DNA of 64,000 nucleotides from Bacillota bacterium (GTDB lineage Bacteria > Bacillota > Clostridia > Lachnospirales > Lachnospiraceae): contig JAEYLX010000075.1 of NCBI GenBank assembly GCA_023407575.1, positions 319,689 to 383,688 on the forward strand, given 5' to 3'. This document shows positions 60,118-64,000 of the stretch, in pieces. A program made the position numbers and the translations under genes. The first letter of the stretch is position 1, and every line of letters starts with the position of its first letter. The notes under the pieces were generated by a model that had not been told where the DNA came from, ran no database searches, and was given only the letters and a program-made list of their open reading frames with translations.

Positions 60118-60642
60118 TTATTTTTCAATTCCCATCCTTGCGTATATTCCTTGATCAAAGGGATGCTTCACCTTAACAATTTCAGATACATAATCTGCCA
60201 ATTCGATTAATTCGAGATTGGGATTCCTTCCGGTCATAACCACCTCTAAATGCTCTGGCTTGTTCTTTAAAAATGTAAGGAGTGTATCTTTATCAATTAG
60301 ATTATAATTATAGGCACCTATGACCTCATCCATCACCAGCATTTGAATCTGCTGATTTTTAATTGTGTCAAGTATTTCATTCAAATAATTACGGTAGACT
60401 TTCTCTGCTCTTTCTTTTGTTTGCTCATTCATTCTTGAATAAAACCCAAAGGTTTCCTCACACAACAATAATTTAATGCCATCAAGGTTATTTAATACGC
60501 TTAGTTCACTGGATTTATTGTCTTTTAGGAATTGGGTGAACAATACCTTTCCACCGCTGCCAATAAATCGTATACTAAGTCCAATCGCTGCCGTAGTTTT
60601 TCCTTTTCCATCACCTGTATATATATGAATTAAACTTTTCAT
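60118..60642 (-). CDS. cobO: Cob(I)yrinic acid diamide adenosyltransferase (CobO/BtuR family)
   Basis: YTGDGKGKTTAA, QFLK, MDEV, TGR, KHPF. Confidence 0.9.
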   Translation of the reverse strand: MKSLIHIYTGDGKGKTTAAIGLSIRFIGSGGKVLFTQFLKDNKSSELSVLNNLDGIKLLLCEETFGFYSRMNEQTKERAEKVYRNYLNEILDTIKNQQIQMLVMDEVIGAYNYNLIDKDTLLTFLKNKPEHLEVVMTGRNPNLELIELADYVSEIVKVKHPFDQGIYARMGIEK

Positions 60643-60786
60643 TTTGACCTCCGGTTTAACATAGCTTTATTAACGTCTTTCCTCTATAATAACGCAAGCT
60701 TCTTCTTAACTCAACCCAGAAAAATCAATATAAATAATCACCTAATTATCTACTATTTCCAGCTTTCTGTTCTTATATTTTCTGTC

Positions 60787-62325
60787 TTATATTTTCTGTT
60801 CCTCTGTTTTCTGTTCCTCAACACCAGCCCATAGTACCTGATAGATTTTATCCATATCCAAATGTATCCGTAAAATCTCTGCAAGCTTATCATATTGCGT
60901 CTCTTTATATTGCTTGTAATCCATTGAGGTTCCATGCTCAAAGTCAATATTTTTATCTTTCGCAAGGCATTCGATTATTTTATTGGCGGTTTGTGTATTA
61001 TCAAAGATACCATGCACATAGCTTCCGTAGATATTATGATAAGAGACTCCCTCGACTTTTACTTCGCCATTTAACTCATTGCTAATGGAGGTTAAAGCTG
61101 TAAGTTTCTCGTTTGCCGTAGAAATCCCCATATGAATTTCATATCCTTCAATCTCTTCTCCTGAAAGCTTTTCCAGACAACCACTAATCTGTCCAAAGTT
61201 CCCCTTCACTCTTGTTCTTATTTTCTCTTCCTGAAAGATTGTATTAATGGGAAGCAATCCCATCCCTTGAATGGTTCCCCCCTCTTCCACTCCAACTTCA
61301 TCAGTAATTAAATTACCAAGCATCTGATAGCCTCCGCAGACACCAAAAATCACCTTATTTGCTGCTGCCGCCTTCTTAATTGCTGCTTCTAAACCACTTT
61401 GTCTAAGCCACAGCATATCCTTAGTGGTGTTTTTTGTACCAGGTAAAATAACCATATCTGGATTTTTCAATTCATTTACAGAATCTACATAACGAAGAGA
61501 TACTCCCTGGGTTCTTTCCAATACGTTAAAATCGGTAAAATTAGAGATACGAGGTAAACGGATTACAACGATATCAATTAACCCTATCTCCTTTTTTTTA
61601 TCAAACCTCTCGGATAAGCTATCCTCATCCTCGATATCAATATACATATAGGGTGGAACACCTACTACAGGGACCTGTGCTTTTTCCTCGAGCATTACAA
61701 TTCCCGGATCAAGGATGGTTTTATCTCCCCTGAACTTATTGATAATCAGGCCCTTTACCAGACTCTTTTCATCCTCCTCCAGGAGCATCATTGTACCTAA
61801 AAGCTGTGCAAATACCCCACCTCGGTCTATATCACCGACCAGCAGCACCGGTGCCTTTGCCATCTTCGCCATTCCCATATTAACGATATCCTCGGACTTG
61901 AGATTAATTTCTGCTGGACTTCCTGCACCTTCAATTACTATAATATCGTAGCTTTCCTCTAATTTGTGATAAGCTTCTAAGATATTAGGGACTAATTGCT
62001 TTTTATATTTAAAATAATCTCTGGCACCCATGTTTTTCAGTACTTCACCGTTAACAATCACTTGAGAACCGGTATCCGTGGTCGGCTTTAATAATATAGG
62101 ATTCATAAGAACAGAGGGTTTAATTCCTGCTGCCTCTGCCTGCATAACCTGTGCCCGTCCCATTTCCAGTCCTTCGTCAGTAATATAGGAATTCAAAGCC
62201 ATATTCTGTGACTTAAAGGGAGCAACCTTATAGCCATCCTGCATAAAAATCCGACACAAACCAGCTGTAATTAAGCTCTTGCCCACATTAGACATAGTTC
62301 CCTGTATCATAATTGCTTTTGCCAT
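60787..62325 (-). CDS. cobQ: Cobyric acid synthase
   Basis: [43 protein letters not shown]. Confidence 0.96.
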   Translation of the reverse strand: MAKAIMIQGTMSNVGKSLITAGLCRIFMQDGYKVAPFKSQNMALNSYITDEGLEMGRAQVMQAEAAGIKPSVLMNPILLKPTTDTGSQVIVNGEVLKNMGARDYFKYKKQLVPNILEAYHKLEESYDIIVIEGAGSPAEINLKSEDIVNMGMAKMAKAPVLLVGDIDRGGVFAQLLGTMMLLEEDEKSLVKGLIINKFRGDKTILDPGIVMLEEKAQVPVVGVPPYMYIDIEDEDSLSERFDKKKEIGLIDIVVIRLPRISNFTDFNVLERTQGVSLRYVDSVNELKNPDMVILPGTKNTTKDMLWLRQSGLEAAIKKAAAANKVIFGVCGGYQMLGNLITDEVGVEEGGTIQGMGLLPINTIFQEEKIRTRVKGNFGQISGCLEKLSGEEIEGYEIHMGISTANEKLTALTSISNELNGEVKVEGVSYHNIYGSYVHGIFDNTQTANKIIECLAKDKNIDFEHGTSMDYKQYKETQYDKLAEILRIHLDMDKIYQVLWAGVEEQKTEEQKI

Positions 62326-63359
62326 TTGCTTTTTACCTCCGACAACACTCTGATCAATTGTTCATTTTCTGTATGGTTTTTGACTGCTATACGATAATAG
62401 CCTTCGGTCAACCCCTGGTAATTGCTGCAATCTCGAATTAAGATGCCATTTTTCAGACAATGTTCATATAACCCGGGTGCCGTATGAAAGAATATGTAGT
62501 TCGCCCTGGAGCCATAGATTGCATACTCCAATTTTTGCAATTCAATAGTTAAATATTTATGTTCTCTTTTTATTAAATCCAATGAGTCTTCAACATACTT
62601 GTCTTCTTTCAGAGCTGCAATTCCTGCCCACTGCGCTGGTATCGACACATTCCAGGGCTGTGAAACTTCTCTCATCCGCTTTAATAAAGCTGTATTGGAA
62701 CTAATGCCATATCCTAATCGTAACCCGGGCATTGCATAAAGCTTTGTAAATGCCTTCAGGATGACTAAATGTTTTGCCTCACTACAATATTTCATTAATG
62801 TCAAATCTTCGGAAGCATTAACAAAATCCAGAAAACATTCATCCATGATTAACCAGATACCCAACTGCTCACATCTTTTCAATATTTTTATCAAAAGCTC
62901 CCTATGAATTAATTGACCGGTTGGATTATTGGGATTACATAAAAAGATGATCTCTGTATCTTCTTTAATCTCCTCAAGAAATTCCACTCCTAATTCAAAA
63001 TTCCGTTCTTTTGTCATAGAAAAGTAAGTCAGTTCACAGTCCACCGTCTTTAAAGCCTGCTCATATTCATAAAAAGAAGGAACTGGTAAAAGTGCTTTTT
63101 GGGGCTTTAAAGCAAGTACCAGAGAAAAGATTATGTCTGCCACTCCGTTTCCACAAATGATATACTCTAACGGTAGATTTAATTTATCAGCAATTGCTTT
63201 TCTTAAATCAGAACAATTGGTATCCGGGTAGTGACTAGACCATCTTATCCCTTCCATTGCTCCTTGTATAATTCCCTCTGGAATTCCTGCCGGATTAATA
63301 TTCGCAGAAAAATCCAACAGACCATCCTTTTGATAAATATCACCGCCATGTTTATGCAT
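62307..63359 (-). CDS. cobD: Threonine-phosphate decarboxylase
   Basis: [33 protein letters not shown]; cob context. Confidence 0.9.
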   Translation of the reverse strand: MHKHGGDIYQKDGLLDFSANINPAGIPEGIIQGAMEGIRWSSHYPDTNCSDLRKAIADKLNLPLEYIICGNGVADIIFSLVLALKPQKALLPVPSFYEYEQALKTVDCELTYFSMTKERNFELGVEFLEEIKEDTEIIFLCNPNNPTGQLIHRELLIKILKRCEQLGIWLIMDECFLDFVNASEDLTLMKYCSEAKHLVILKAFTKLYAMPGLRLGYGISSNTALLKRMREVSQPWNVSIPAQWAGIAALKEDKYVEDSLDLIKREHKYLTIELQKLEYAIYGSRANYIFFHTAPGLYEHCLKNGILIRDCSNYQGLTEGYYRIAVKNHTENEQLIRVLSEVKSKWQKQL

Positions 63360-63463
63360 ATAGGTACCAAGCCTTTCACAATGTCCACAAACTCTGTGCC
63401 TTTCTTTATATAATCTAATATCAAAAAAACTAATATCAAAAAGTAAAAATAATACGCACACTA

Positions 63464-64000
63464 CTACAACAGGAAATAAATTATTAGAAATTTCAAACCA
63501 CCAAATAGAAGCACACCAAGAAAAGCTGTCCAGTACAGCAATTCATTGGCTCTTTTAATGTCCTTTATTTCAATCGGCCTACTATCATCACCAATGTTTT
63601 TTTTATGATATAGGATTCCAAAATAATAGGCATCCCCTGCCAGCTGCACCTGTAACGCACCAGCTGTAACCGCTTCTGTGTGGGCAGAATTCGGGCTTGC
63701 ATGATTATATCTGTCCCTTCGATAGATGTTATAAGCATTCCTTGGATGATATCGCTTAATCGCTGCTGCCATTATCATAAGATATGCGGATATCCTTGCT
63801 GGAACATAATTCAAATAATCATCCAGTTTTGCCGCCGCTCTTCCAAAATAAATATACTTATCATTCTTATATCCAACCATGGAATCCATGGTATTTACCG
63901 CTTTATAGAGGAATCCAAAGATAGGTCCTCCGATTGCCATATAGAAAATCGGTGCAATGCTGCCATCCGAGGTATTCTCTGCTACAGTTTCCACTGCTGC
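63464..64000 (-). CDS. cbiB: Adenosylcobinamide-phosphate synthase (5'-truncated by window edge)
   Basis: ETVAENTSDG, NTMDSMVGY, SPNSA. Confidence 0.93.
   Translation of the reverse strand, partial: AAVETVAENTSDGSIAPIFYMAIGGPIFGFLYKAVNTMDSMVGYKNDKYIYFGRAAAKLDDYLNYVPARISAYLMIMAAAIKRYHPRNAYNIYRRDRYNHASPNSAHTEAVTAGALQVQLAGDAYYFGILYHKKNIGDDSRPIEIKDIKRANELLYWTAFLGVLLFGGLKFLIIYFLL

Noticed and set aside
60753..60965. 70-aa ORF overlapping cobQ end
   Set aside because: Alternative frame kept open by short repeats
2164..63439. Many short antisense or alternative-frame ORFs in the track (e.g. 5165-5719, 51024-51440)
   Set aside because: Shadow ORFs within well-supported genes, no recognisable motifs

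Overview
A 64-kb AT-rich chromosomal segment of a spore-forming Clostridia-type bacterium (Lachnospiraceae-like by gene content; inference). It is mostly minus-strand housekeeping and accessory genes, with no rRNA/tRNA, CRISPR array, IS or prophage seen. Contents: DUF5685/J-domain operon, BMP nucleoside ABC transporter, Crp/Fnr-fprA-ric-DUF438 stress cluster, CotH kinase, diguanylate cyclase, amtB-glnK, ribD-ribBA, T-box-controlled leuS, Lsa-like ABC-F, an ICMT-like methyltransferase/GH3/7TM-HD-GYP operon, pdaA, a PPDK-N-only protein, tRNA-modification genes, alkaline phosphatase, Mef-like MFS, uracil permease, polar amino-acid ABC transporter, GH18-LRR protein, soluble chemoreceptor and cobamide genes. 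Most interesting: (1) a translationally coupled methyltransferase + GH3 ligase + 7TM receptor/c-di-GMP phosphodiesterase operon that looks like a signal-synthesis-plus-sensor system; (2) a ribD-ribBA pair whose deaminase and DHBP-synthase active sites are destroyed while the GTP cyclohydrolase II and reductase sites are intact; (3) a DUF5685 protein with isoprenoid-synthase-like Asp-rich motifs coupled to a J-domain protein with a six-Cys tail; (4) a shared hexaloop-hairpin/terminator RNA element, ANTAR-like but single-hairpin, ahead of two nitrogen-uptake operons; (5) two leader peptides with macrolide-arrest motifs ahead of the ABC-F. Family names come from motif recognition by eye, not database searches.
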